From the NCBI GenBank assembly GCA_040954595.2, contig CM082577.2:744001-808000 (forward strand): a stretch of 64,000 nucleotides of DNA. The letters are read 5' to 3'. A model generated the notes under the pieces. That model had not been told where the DNA came from. It was given only the letters and a program-made list of their open reading frames with translations, and made no database searches. Positions 1 through 12,600 of this stretch are shown one piece after another. The first letter of the stretch is position 1. The number at the start of each line of letters is the position of its first letter. Position numbers and translations under genes: made by a program. This DNA is from Balanoglossus misakiensis. Its lineage: Eukaryota; Animalia; Hemichordata.

Positions 1-3000
1 GCGAATTTTCAAAATTTCTTCAAATCTTGATAAAAACCATGGGTTATAGCTCATGAAAATGTTCAAAAAAACGACGATTTTTCGAGTTTGCGAATTTTCA
101 AAATTTCTTCAAATCTTGATAAAAACCATGGGTTATAGCTCATGAAAATGTTCAAAAAACGACGATTTTTCAGGTTTGCGAATTTTCAAAATTTCTTCAA
201 ATCTTGATAAAAACCATGGGTTATAGCTCATGAAAATGTTCAAAAAACGACGATTTTTCGAGTTTGCGAATTTTCAAAATGTCTTCAAATCTTGATAAAA
301 ACCATGGGTTATAGCTCATGAAAATGTTCAAAAAACGACGATTTTTCAGGTTTGCGAATTTTCCAAATTTCTTCAAATCTTGATAAAAACCATGGGTTAT
401 AGCTCATGAAAATGTTCAAAAAACGACGATTTTTCAGGTTTGCGAATTTTCAAAATTTCTTCAAATCTTGATAAAAACCATGGGTTATAGCTCATGAAAA
501 TGTTCAAAAAACGACGATTTTTCAGGTTTGCGAATTTTCAAAATTTCTTCAAATCTTGATAAAAACCATGGGTTATAGCTCATGAAAATGTTCAAAAAAC
601 GACGATTTTTCGAGTTTGCGAATTTTCCAAATTTCTTCAAATCTTGATAAAAACCATGGGTTATAGCTCATGAAAATGTTCAAAAAACGACGATTTTTCG
701 AGTTTGCGAATTTTCCAAATTTCTTCAAATCTTGATAAAAACCATGGGTTATAGCTCATGAAAATGTTCAAAAAACGACGATTTTTCAGGTTTGCGAATT
801 TTCAAAATGTCTTCAAATCTTGATAAAAACCATGGGTTATAGCTCATGAAAATGTTCAAAAAACGACGATTTTTCGAGTTTGCGAATTTTCAAAATGTCT
901 TCAAATCTTGATAAAAACCATGGGTTATAGCTCATGAAAATGTTCAAAAAACGACGATTTTTCGAGTTTGCGAATTTTCAAAATTTCTTCAAATCTTGAT
1001 AAAAACCATGGGTTATAGCTCATGAAAATGTTCAAAAAACGACGATTTTTCAGGTTTGCGAATTTTCAAAATTTCTTCAAATCTTGATAAAAACCATGGG
1101 TTATAGCTCATGAAAATGTTCAAAAAACGACGATTTTTCGAGTTTGCGAATTTTCAAAATTTCTTCAAATCTTGATAAAAACCATGGGTTATAGCTCATG
1201 AAAATGTTCAAAAAACGACGATTTTTCGAGTTTGCGAATTTTCCAAATTTCTTCAAATCTTGATAAAAACCATGGGTTATAGCTCATGAAAATGTTCAAA
1301 AAACGACAATTTTTGAGTTTGCGAATTTTCCAAATTTCTTCAAATCTTGATAAAAACCATGGGTTATAGCTCATGAAAATGTTCAAAAAACGACGATTTT
1401 TCGAGTTTGCGAATTTTCCAAATTTCTTCAAATCTTGATAAAAACCATGGGTTATAACTCATGAAAATGTTCAAAAAACGACGATTTTTCGAGTTTGCGA
1501 ATTCCCAAATTTCTTCAAATCTTGATAAAAACCATGGGTTATAGCTCATGAAAATCATCAAAAAACGACGATTTTTCGAGTTTGCGAATTTTCAAAATTT
1601 CTTCAAATCTTGATAAAAACCATGGGTTATAGCTCATGAAAATGTTCAAAAAACGACGATTTTTCGAGTTTGCGAATTTTCAAAATTTCTTCAAATCTTG
1701 ATAAAAACCATGGGTTATAGCTCATGAAAATGTTCAAAAAACGACGATTTTTCGAGTTTGCGAATTTTCAAAATTTCTTCAAATCTTGATAAAAACCATG
1801 GGTTATAGCTCATGAAAATGTTCAAAAAACGACGATTTTTCAGGTTTGCGAATTTTCAAAATTTCTTCAAATCTTGATAAAAACCATGGGTTATAGCTCA
1901 TGAAAATGTTCAAAAAACGACGATTTTTCAGGTTTGCGAATTTTCAAAATTTCTTCAAATCTTGATAAAAACCATGGGTTATAGCTCATGAAAATGTTCA
2001 AAAAACGACGATCTTTCTAGTTTGCGAATTTTCAAAATTTCTTCAAATCTTGATAAAAACCATGGGTTATAGCTCATGAAAATGTTCAAAAAACGACGAT
2101 TTTTCGAGTTTGCGAATTTTCAAAATTTCTTCAAATCTTGATAAAAACCATGAATTATAGCTCATGAAAATGTTCAAAAAACGACGATTTTTCGAGTTTG
2201 CGAATTTTCAAAATTTCTTCAAATCTTGATAAAAACCATGGGTTATAGCTCATGAAAATGTTTAAAAAACGACGATTTTTCAGGTTTGCGAATTTTCAAA
2301 ATTTCTTCAAATCTTGATAAAAACCATGGGTTATAGCTCATGAAAATGTTCAAAAAACGACGATTTTTCAGGTTTGCGAATTTTCAAAATTTCTTCAAAT
2401 CTTGATAAAAACCATGGGTTATAGCTCATGAAAATGTTCAAAAAACGACGATCTTTCTAGTTTGCGAATTTTCAAAATTTCTTCAAATCTTGATAAAAAC
2501 CATGGGTTATAGCTCATGAAAATGTTCAAAAAACGACGATTTTTCGAGTTTGCGAATTTTCCAAATTTCTTCAAATCTTGATAAAAACCATGAATTATAG
2601 CTCATGAAAATGTTCAAAAAACGACGATTTTTCGAGTTTGCGAATTTTCCAAATTTCTTCAAATCTTGATAAAAACCATGGGTTATAGCTCATGAAAATG
2701 TTCAAAAAACGACGATTTTTCAGGTTTGCGAATTTTCAAAATTTCTTCAAATCTTGATAAAAACCATGGGTTATAGCTCATGAAAATGTTCAAAAAACGA
2801 CGATTTTTCGAGTTTGCGAATTTTCAAAATTTCTTCAAATCTTGATAAAAATCATGGGTTATAGCTCATGAAAATGTTTAAAAAACGACGATTTTTCAGG
2901 TTTGCGAATTTTCAAAATTTCTTCAAATCTTGATAAAAACCATGGGTTATAGCTCATGAAAATGTTCAAAAAACGACGATTTTTCGAGTTTGCGAATTTT

Positions 3001-6000
3001 CCAAATTTCTTCAAATCTTGATAAAAACCATGGGTTATAACTCATGAAAATGTTCAAAAAACGACGATTTTTCGAGTTTGCGAATTCCCAAATTTCTTCA
3101 AATCTTGATAAAAACCATGGGTTATAGCTCATGAAAATCATCAAAAAACGACGATTTTTCGAGTTTGCGAATTTTCAAAATTTCTTCAAATCTTGATAAA
3201 AACCATGGGTTATAGCTCATGAAAATGTTCAAAAAACGACGATTTTTCGAGTTTGCGAATTTTCCAAATTTCTTCAAATCTTGATAAAAACCATGGGTTA
3301 TAGCTCATGAAAATGTTCAAAAAACGACGATTTTTCGAGTTTGCGAATTTTCAAAATTTCTTCAAATCTTGATAAAAACCATGGGTTATAGCTCATGAAA
3401 ATGTTTAAAAAACGACGATTTTTCAGGTTTGCGAATTTTCAAAATTTCTTCAAATCTTGATAAAAACCATGGGTTATAGCTCATGAAAATATGTTCAAAA
3501 AACGACGATTTTTCAGGTTTGCGAATTTTCAAAATTTCTTCAAATCTTGATAAAAACCATGGGTTATAGCTCATGAAAATCATCAAAAAACGACGATTTT
3601 TCGAGTTTGCGAATTTTCAAAATTTCTTCAAATCTTGATAAAAACCATGGGTTATAGCTCATGAAAATGTTCAAAAAACGACGATTTTTCGAGTTTGCGA
3701 ATTTTCAAAATTTCTTCAAATCTTGATAAAAACCATGGGTTATAGCTCATGAAAATGTTCAAAAAACGACGATTTTTCGAGTTTGCGAATTTTCAAAATT
3801 TCTTCAAATCTTGATAAAAACCATGGGTTATAGCTCATGAAAATGTTCAAAAAACGACGATTTTTCAGGTTTGCGAATTTTCAAAATTTCTTCAAATCTT
3901 GATAAAAACCATGGGTTATAGCTCATGAAAATGTTCAAAAAACGACGATTTTTCAGGTTTGCGAATTTTCAAAATTTCTTCAAATCTTGATAAAAACCAT
4001 GGGTTATAGCTCATGAAAATGTTCAAAAAACGACGATCTTTCTAGTTTGCGAATTTTCAAAATTTCTTCAAATCTTGATAAAAACCATGGGTTATAGCTC
4101 ATGAAAATGTTCAAAAAACGACGATTTTTCGAGTTTGCGAATTTTCAAAATTTCTTCAAATCTTGATAAAAACCATGAATTATAGCTCATGAAAATGTTC
4201 AAAAAACGACGATTTTTCGAGTTTGCGAATTTTCAAAATTTCTTCAAATCTTGATAAAAACCATGGGTTATAGCTCATGAAAATGTTTAAAAAACGACGA
4301 TTTTTCAGGTTTGCGAATTTTCAAAATTTCTTCAAATCTTGATAAAAACCATGGGTTATAGCTCATGAAAATGTTCAAAAAACGACGATTTTTCAGGTTT
4401 GCGAATTTTCAAAATTTCTTCAAATCTTGATAAAAACCATGGGTTATAGCTCATGAAAATGTTCAAAAAACGACGATCTTTCTAGTTTGCGAATTTTCAA
4501 AATTTCTTCAAATCTTGATAAAAACCATGGGTTATAGCTCATGAAAATGTTCAAAAAACGACGATTTTTCGAGTTTGCGAATTTTCCAAATTTCTTCAAA
4601 TCTTGATAAAAACCATGAATTATAGCTCATGAAAATGTTCAAAAAATCGACGATTTTTCGAGTTTGCGAATTTTCCAAATTTCTTCAAATCTTGATAAAA
4701 ACCATGGGTTATAGCTCATGAAAATGTTCAAAAAACGACGATTTTTCAGGTTTGCGAATTTTCAAAATTTCTTCAAATCTTGATAAAAACCATGGGTTAT
4801 AGCTCATGAAAATGTGCAAAAAACGACGATTTTTCGAGTTTGCGAATTTTCAAAATTTCTTCAAATCTTGATAAAAACCATGGGTTATAGCTCATGAAAA
4901 TGTTCAAAAAACGACGATTTTTCGAGTTTGCGAATTTTCAAAATTTCTTCAAATCTTGATAAAAACCATGGGTTATAGCTCATGAAAATGTTCAAAAAAC
5001 GACGATTTTTCGAGTTTGCGAATTTTCAAAATTTCTTCAAATCTTGATAAAAACCATGGGTTATAGCTCATGAAAATGTTCAAAAAACGACGATTTTTCG
5101 AGTTTGCGAATTTTCCAAATTTCTTCAAATCTTGATAAAAACCATGGGTTATAGCTCATGAAAATGTTCAAAAAACGACGATTTTTCGAGTTTGCGAATT
5201 TTCAAAATTTCTTCAAATCTTGATAAAAATCATGGGTTATAGCTCATGAAAATGTTTAAAAAACGACGATTTTTCAGGTTTGCGAATTTTCAAAATTTCT
5301 TCAAATCTTGATAAAAACCATGGGTTATAGCTCATGAAAATGTTCAAAAAACGACGATTTTTCGAGTTTGCGAATTTTCCAAATTTCTTCAAATCTTGAT
5401 AAAAACCATGGGTTATAACTCATGAAAATGTTCAAAAAACGACGATTTTTCGAGTTTGCGAATTCCCAAATTTCTTCAAATCTTGATAAAAACCATGGGT
5501 TATAGCTCATGAAAATCATCAAAAAACGACGATTTTTCGAGTTTGCGAATTTTCAAAATTTCTTCAAATCTTGATAAAAACCATGGGTTATAGCTCATGA
5601 AAATGTTCAAAAAACGACGATTTTTCGAGTTTGCGAATTTTCAAAATTTCTTCAAATCTTGATAAAAACCATGGGTTATAGCTCATGAAAATGTTCAAAA
5701 AACGACGATTTTTCGAGTTTGCGAATTTTCCAAATTTCTTCAAATCTTGATAAAAACCATGGGTTATAGCTCATGAAAATGTTTAAAAAACGACGATTTT
5801 TCAGGTTTGCGAATTTTCAAAATTTCTTCAAATCTTGATAAAAACCATGGGTTATAGCTCATGAAAATGTTCAAAAAACGACGATTTTTCAGGTTTGCGA
5901 ATTTTCAAAATTTCTTCAAATCTTGATAAAAACCATGGGTTATAGCTCATGAAAATGTTCAAAAAACGACGATTTTTCTAGTTTGCGAATTTTCAAAATT

Positions 6001-7297
6001 TCTTCAAATCTTGATAAAAACCATGGGTTATAGCTCATGAAAATGTTCAAAAAACGACGATTTTTCGAGTTTGCGAATTTTCCAAATTTCTTCAAATATT
6101 GATAAAAACCATGAATTATAGCTCATGAAAATGTTCAAAAAACGACGATTTTTCGAGTTTGCGAATTTTCCAAATTTCTTCAAATCTTGATAAAAACCAT
6201 GGGTTATAGCTCATGAAAATGTTCAAAAAACGACGATTTTTCAGGTTTGCGAATTTTCAAAATTTCTTCAAATCTTGATAAAAACCATGGGTTATAGCTC
6301 ATGAAAATGTGCAAAAAACGACGATTTTTCGAGTTTGCGAATTTTCAAAATTTCTTCAAATCTTGATAAAAACCATGGGTTATAGCTCATGAAAATGTTC
6401 AAAAAACGACGATTTTTCGAGTTTGCGAATTTTCAAAATTTCTTCAAATCTTGATAAAAACCATGGGTTATAGCTCATGAAAATGTTCAAAAAACGACGA
6501 TTTTTCGAGTTTGCGAATTTTCAAAATTTCTTCAAATCTTGATAAAAACCATGGGTTATAGCTCATGAAAATGTTCAAAAAACGACGATTTTTCGAGTTT
6601 GCGAATTTTCCAAATTTCTTCAAATCTTGATAAAAACCATGGGTTATAGCTCATGAAAATGTTCAAAAAACGACGATTTTTCGAGTTTGCGAATTTTCAA
6701 AATTTCTTCAAATCTTGATAAAAATCATGGGTTATAGCTCATGAAAATGTTCAAAAAACGACGATTTTTCAGGTTTGCGAATTTTCAAAATTTCTTCAAA
6801 TCTTGATAAAAACCATGGGTTATAGCTCATGAAAATGTTCAAAAAACGACGATTTTTCGAGTTTGCGAATTTTCCAAATTTCTTCAAATCTTGATAAAAA
6901 CCATGGGTTATAGCTCATGAAAATCATCAATAAACGACGATTTTTCGAGTTTGCGAATTTTCAAAATTTCTTCAAATCTTGATAAAAATCATGGGTTATA
7001 GCTCATGAAAATGTTTAAAAAACGACGATTTTTCAGGTTTGCGAATTTTCAAAATTTCTTCAAATCTTGATAAAAACCATGGGTTATAGCTCATGAAAAT
7101 GTTCAAAAACGACGATTTTTCGAGTTTGCGAATTTTCAAAATTTCTTCAAATCTTGATAAAAACCATGGGTTATAGCTCATGAAAATCATCAATAAACGA
7201 CGATTTTTCGAGTTTGCGAATTTTCAAAATTTCTTCAAATCTTGATAAAAACCATCGGTTATAGCTCATGAAAATGTTCAAAAAACGACGATTTTTC
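1..7297. repeat. 88-bp tandem satellite array, ~83 copies, truncated at the window start
   Basis: Unit GAGTTTGCGAATTTTCAAAATTTCTTCAAATCTTGATAAAAACCATGGGTTATAGCTCATGAAAATGTTCAAAAAACGACGATTTTTC recurs every 88 bp (GCGAATT at 90, 178, 266...). Copies differ at only a few sites, and the array stops abruptly at 7297. Confidence 0.98.
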
Positions 7298-9205
7298 TTT
7301 GTAAACCCCACCGTAAGGTGTAGAATATCCTAATACACAAATCCATGAGTTTTCTAGCCTGTTTTCACACTGTCAGATTTAGATCGTTGCTGCAATACAT
7401 CACTTTTTGCAATTCAAAACAGGTGCATACATAATCTACAAGAATAGACCATGAAGTCGGGTAGTGCACATTAACATGAGTCAAATGTTGAATGAAGTAT
7501 GATGTCATACAAACAGAACACCTGGATGTAAGGTCACTCAGGGGTCATGAAAGTGGCCCATTTCATAATATAAATCACACACTCCAACTGTATTGTGAAT
7601 AGAAGTTTATTCAAGACACGTTCACATGAAGTCAAAAACATGAAAAAATATTACAAAAATATGAAAGAAATATTAGCAAAAAAGGAACTATAAAGTATTA
7701 CAAAACTGACTTGAAAGTAATGTTGCATCATTTGTGAAGCAAAAAAGAGAATTTTGACATGTTAGGCGAAAAAACATTTTAGGGTACAACAACCATGCTT
7801 TTATTAACTTGGTTGCTTCAAGCAATACCTACTTGAGCATTTCATTACTAATTGATGTTAACAAAAATACATAGCTTAGTAAAATACATGAAAAAATAAT
7901 TTATCCACTGAAAGCTGCTGTTACAGAAAAATGACAAAGTTGTGTCAGACAATTTGAATTTGTCTACCAAATATTTACAAAAGATTATTAGATTTACTGC
8001 AAACTGGGATGGAACACCGTGTCTGAGCAAATTGTTGTCACCGACTGATTTGAAATTCATTTTTATCTTCCGCCACAGACAACAGTTTGAACAGAAATGT
8101 ACATCAAACCATACAAGTAAGATTATAGTATACAATTTATTGATCATTTTCGAAGGAGAGAAAAATCGAGGCAGCAACTGAGACAAGGTGACGTTACAAA
8201 ACATATCACAAAGTGCAGTTGATCCTGCTCGACTAGACTGAGCCAAATTGCAAGAATGTAGAGTATAAAAAAGTTAGTAGTAGGTTAGCAGAAAATATGT
8301 AATTATAACACATGGCATGGTTACACCATGGATATACATGTACTGTATATAAAGAATATCCATGGTTACACTGAGTTTGGTCGCTTGGCTTTACAGAAAT
8401 CGTTCACACTAATTATCAATGATTGAAAACAACATTCTTGATTGTCAGAAAATATTCTACTCCAAGTACAAATGCTGACTTGTTCTCTATGGCTGTGTAG
8501 TTACATGTATCAGTCATGGCTACAAGGTCAGAGATACACAAGAAATGTGAGTCCTTAATGTTACAGAAAAGTTCTCTGAAAATTGATTCACTGGCAGCAA
8601 AAAAACTGAACCAAAGGCAGACATGAATTTGTCCTCTAGAGGGCGCAATAGCAGAACCACAAGTTCCAGACCAGCGCAGACGAGGGTTTTGATGGAGTTT
8701 TGCTCATACAGGGTGTTTTAGGAATGTCCAGATCTAAGCATTTCCTTAAATGTCACATTTAACAGATTGTTCATAAAGATCAATAACTTTTATTCCACCA
8801 GTATATGAGGACATTTGGTTAGCATAATATTGTCAAATTTCATCGAACAAATCGAGTCAAACATGAATTTCACACATTGTACGAGGCACTGATTATCTTA
8901 CAAATGCACAAAGACGAAACTGAAAAGCCCTCAAATTTTAACTGCATCAAATAAACATCTGGAATCATTAACATTGTTCACAAGAATCAAACAAACCAGC
9001 CATGTTAACAAGATTAGTAAAATTATTGCTACATCAGAGCATGTTTTGATCAAAAGGACGTCTTAGCAAACATTTTCATTTTCAAAAGTGGTAGGTCAAA
9101 GGTCATCTAATTATTTTCTAAAGACAGGTAAATAAACAGTGAATCTGCTAATAATACTTAACACATGCATTTCTTCACATAACATAATACTATACTAGTA
9201 TAGGT

Positions 9206-9236
9206 CACAGTCCCTCCACTTTCTTGAGGGACTGTG
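9206..9236. repeat. Short perfect hairpin (11-bp stem), probably a remnant of a dispersed repeat
   Basis: CACAGTCCCTC-N9-GAGGGACTGTG. The 18 nt CTTTCTTGAGGGACTGTG recur exactly at 32348-32365, and a related sequence lies at ~46308-46336. Confidence 0.45.
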
Positions 9237-9674
9237 TTTAGGTGAAGATCTTGAAAATCGCAACACCTAAAAGCTTATGAAGTTAGCATCTTATACAAAA
9301 TGTTGTTCATGGTTATGGTTACTATGGCAGCAATTTCATTTTTTTTTCAAAGACAACACCAGCCAATAAAAGTGACAGTTTTCAATTCACATTTTCCACA
9401 AGAACATCAGAAAATATTCCACTTGCATCTTGAAAGTGACGCACCATTCCTTTCATTCATAAACAGTGACACATACGTGTTCCATGCAGCTTATTTCTCC
9501 AATCACAAAACATCAATCATTTTTAATCAACTTATAGTAAATTTAATCACTTTCATGCTTAATTTGTGGAATTACACAAATTTAGAATATACAGAAATTG
9601 CGATGTTTTCTGACTGAATGCTGTTTACCCTCATGGCCAGTCAACAGGTGTATACTGTTGCCTCCCTTTTCCTC

Positions 9675-12600
9675 TCAACACCTACTCTCCTCCATACCAT
9701 TAACTGCCTTTTCCAATCCGTTGACTGCTTTCTCACGTCCTTTGAGTCTCTCCCGGCGGAATTTCTCGTAATGAACACTATCAGTGACATCTTTCAAGTC
9801 TTGCATGTGTGTTCTGACAAGCATGTCTCTCAGGTGAGCAAATTCACAATGAACTTTATTTTCAACTGAGGGAAAAAGGAAAACAGAAATTAATTCCATG
9901 CAAATTCGACGCCAGGCTTCAGACAGAATTAATGGTACATTAGATGCTGTTTGGATCAGTTCTTTCATAGCCACAACTCACCCCATTGTTGCTATGGTTC
10001 GACCCAAACACAAGGAGAAAGGATCAAAGAGTAACCCATTATATGCAATGTACAGAGGCAGAGGGGTCAGACACGCATTTGTTGGAAGCAAAAGGAGGCA
10101 AAGAGACTGAAAAGGAGGGTCAAAACATGAAGCTGTTTTCGGAGGTTCTATCATTGTAACCACAGAGCAGAGCTAGCTCTCCAGAGCTGTCATTACCATA
10201 CATTTTCACTGGGGTGAGGTCAGAGGTCAAAGCCCTGAGGCTCTCATAAGTCAAACAGCACAAATCATAGAAAGAAAACATTCAAATCGAACACAAAAAA
10301 TATTAGCAATAGCTACAGAAAAAGGAGATCATATCAAAACATGAAAGTTTAAATAATTTGCACAAATGAGCATGTGATTGCTTTTCTATTTTACACTCAC
10401 CTTCTATAAGACCCCAATTGGTTTTTCTGCCTAGAGTTGGTTTGCCATTGACTTGGTATACTTTGTCGCTACCCACCACAGCAAATGGCATTTTGTCCTG
10501 TAATTAAAAAGACATTGAACTTTAACCCAAGCTGCTGAGGTCATGACCTCACTTCCTTCCTACAGCTGCATCTAGCTGTGTGATATGTATCAATCGAGGG
10601 AGAGACCCCCTCATACAAAAAGCCACACACACACACACACAGTACAATAGAATTCACTATCTGCACTGCCTGCCTGGGAGGTCCTTGGCAACATTTCTCC
10701 CCGAGTCTGATAAATTATTTTTATCTTCATACTGAATAGTTTATGACAAATTGACTGATATTTTTACTGTCTTACATAAATTTTCATAACTGGGGGAAAT
10801 GTGATCCTGCAGTTATCAAGGTTTGGTCATATATTTTCACATTTTGACTTCTCACCCAAATGGTTTGGTATGATCCATTTTGGGAAGAATGTCACAACTG
10901 GATCCAAACAATGGTAAAGAGGATGGAAAGGTCTGATTATGTTGAGATTTTATGTTCACTCACCCTGAGATTTGAATTGACAATAATGTCTTCTTCATCT
11001 TCATCTAGATGTTTCATGGGATAGATGCTAATGCCATTCCTCTCAAGATCTTCCCTGATCTGAAAGAGACAGAGAAATAAACATTTTGACTGATGATAAT
11101 TATTTAAAAATCAAAATAATATGAGGTGTCCTTAAAAGACAGGGTTCACTGTAGTTGAATATTGACGAAACACAAAAGATCTTAAAATGTCTACTTCAGA
11201 TGGTTTGAGCCATCATCCCATGTATATGCATGTTCATGTCTGCACCATCTTTGAATACAAATCCACAGAGACTGGGCACAGTAGCTCATCGCTTCAAAAT
11301 CCATTGAGATAAAATCCACCATTACAAACCTTCTTTTTAAATTCTAGTCTCTCTTCTACTGTTAAAGTGTCTGCCTTGGCTATGACAGGTACTATATTAA
11401 CACACTTATCCAACCGACTCATAAACTCTATGTCTAGTGGTTTTAACCTGAGAGGGGGGAAAAAGACAGAAAAAAATTCGAAAGAATAAACCTTGTAATA
11501 CTTTGAGTGTATAGCCTTTAATGAGACAAATGTTGATACATAACCTTAGATATTCCTGAAGACATGGAGGAAGTATGAGAAACAATATCATGGAACATTG
11601 TTCACAATGATCAACCCAATGAGTTTGTGCATCTCATCATGTATACATGTAACAGAATTTTAGTTACAATAACAAAGTTTGATCATGAACACTTCCTTGA
11701 AACTGGCAAAGAAGCTCTGTATCCTGTGGGTTTGAAATTCCCTATAAATACCACACAGATTTCCTGTCAAAGGAAACACAGAATGCACACCCTGGATGTT
11801 GGTATGCCACGGTACGAGAACAAACAACACAGCCATCCCCAATCACTCCATCTCAAATCTTACCTGTGACCAGTAGGAGCAACAAAATAAAGACAGCAAT
11901 GTACTCTTGTGTCAGGAATATGTCTTTTACGGTTGACACTAATTTCTTCACATAAATATTTCTCATATTGTTCATTGATGTATTCTATAATTGGAAGCCA
12001 GCTGAAAAACAAAGATGAAAGAATATATCATTTGTCAATTGGGAAGTTTTCATGGAGGAAATGTGGAGTAATGTTTTTATTATTATATATTTAAAAGGTG
12101 TGATGAAACATTCCAAACAAAACTTACCAATTTTCATTGTTGATATGATCACCAAATCCAGGTGTATCAGTCACTGTTAATTTCAGCTTGACACTCTTTT
12201 CCTCAATGACTGCAAGAGAAAAAAATTCACATCATCCACTTTCGGAAACATCTGAAACTTTTAACAGCTTTAGACCCATTACTGGGTAACTATGTTACAG
12301 ATGGAAAACTTACTACAACATATAGTACAGAGTAAACATCAAATATATCAACTTTATTCTGTAGACCAGTTTCAATTCCTCAACAGCTCATCTGTGCTTC
12401 CATAAATTGTGCATTCAGCTGACATATCAAAACCAACAGGAAATCAATGATTTGCGACTCGAACTAAAAACTTACATGACATGGTTTCTATCACCATGGC
12501 CATATCCCTCTCTTTATGATTGATTTGTTCTATGATTCATGAATTTGGAAAGATGATTCTAACACTATTGTGCAAGAAATCAACTCAACATTGTGTTATG

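Noticed and set aside
1-7297. CRISPR-like array, or the repeated ORFs (MSYNPWFLSRFEE...) in the ORF track
   Set aside because: The monomers are contiguous with no unique spacers, there are no cas genes, and the context is eukaryotic. The ORFs are chance frames created by indels in the satellite.
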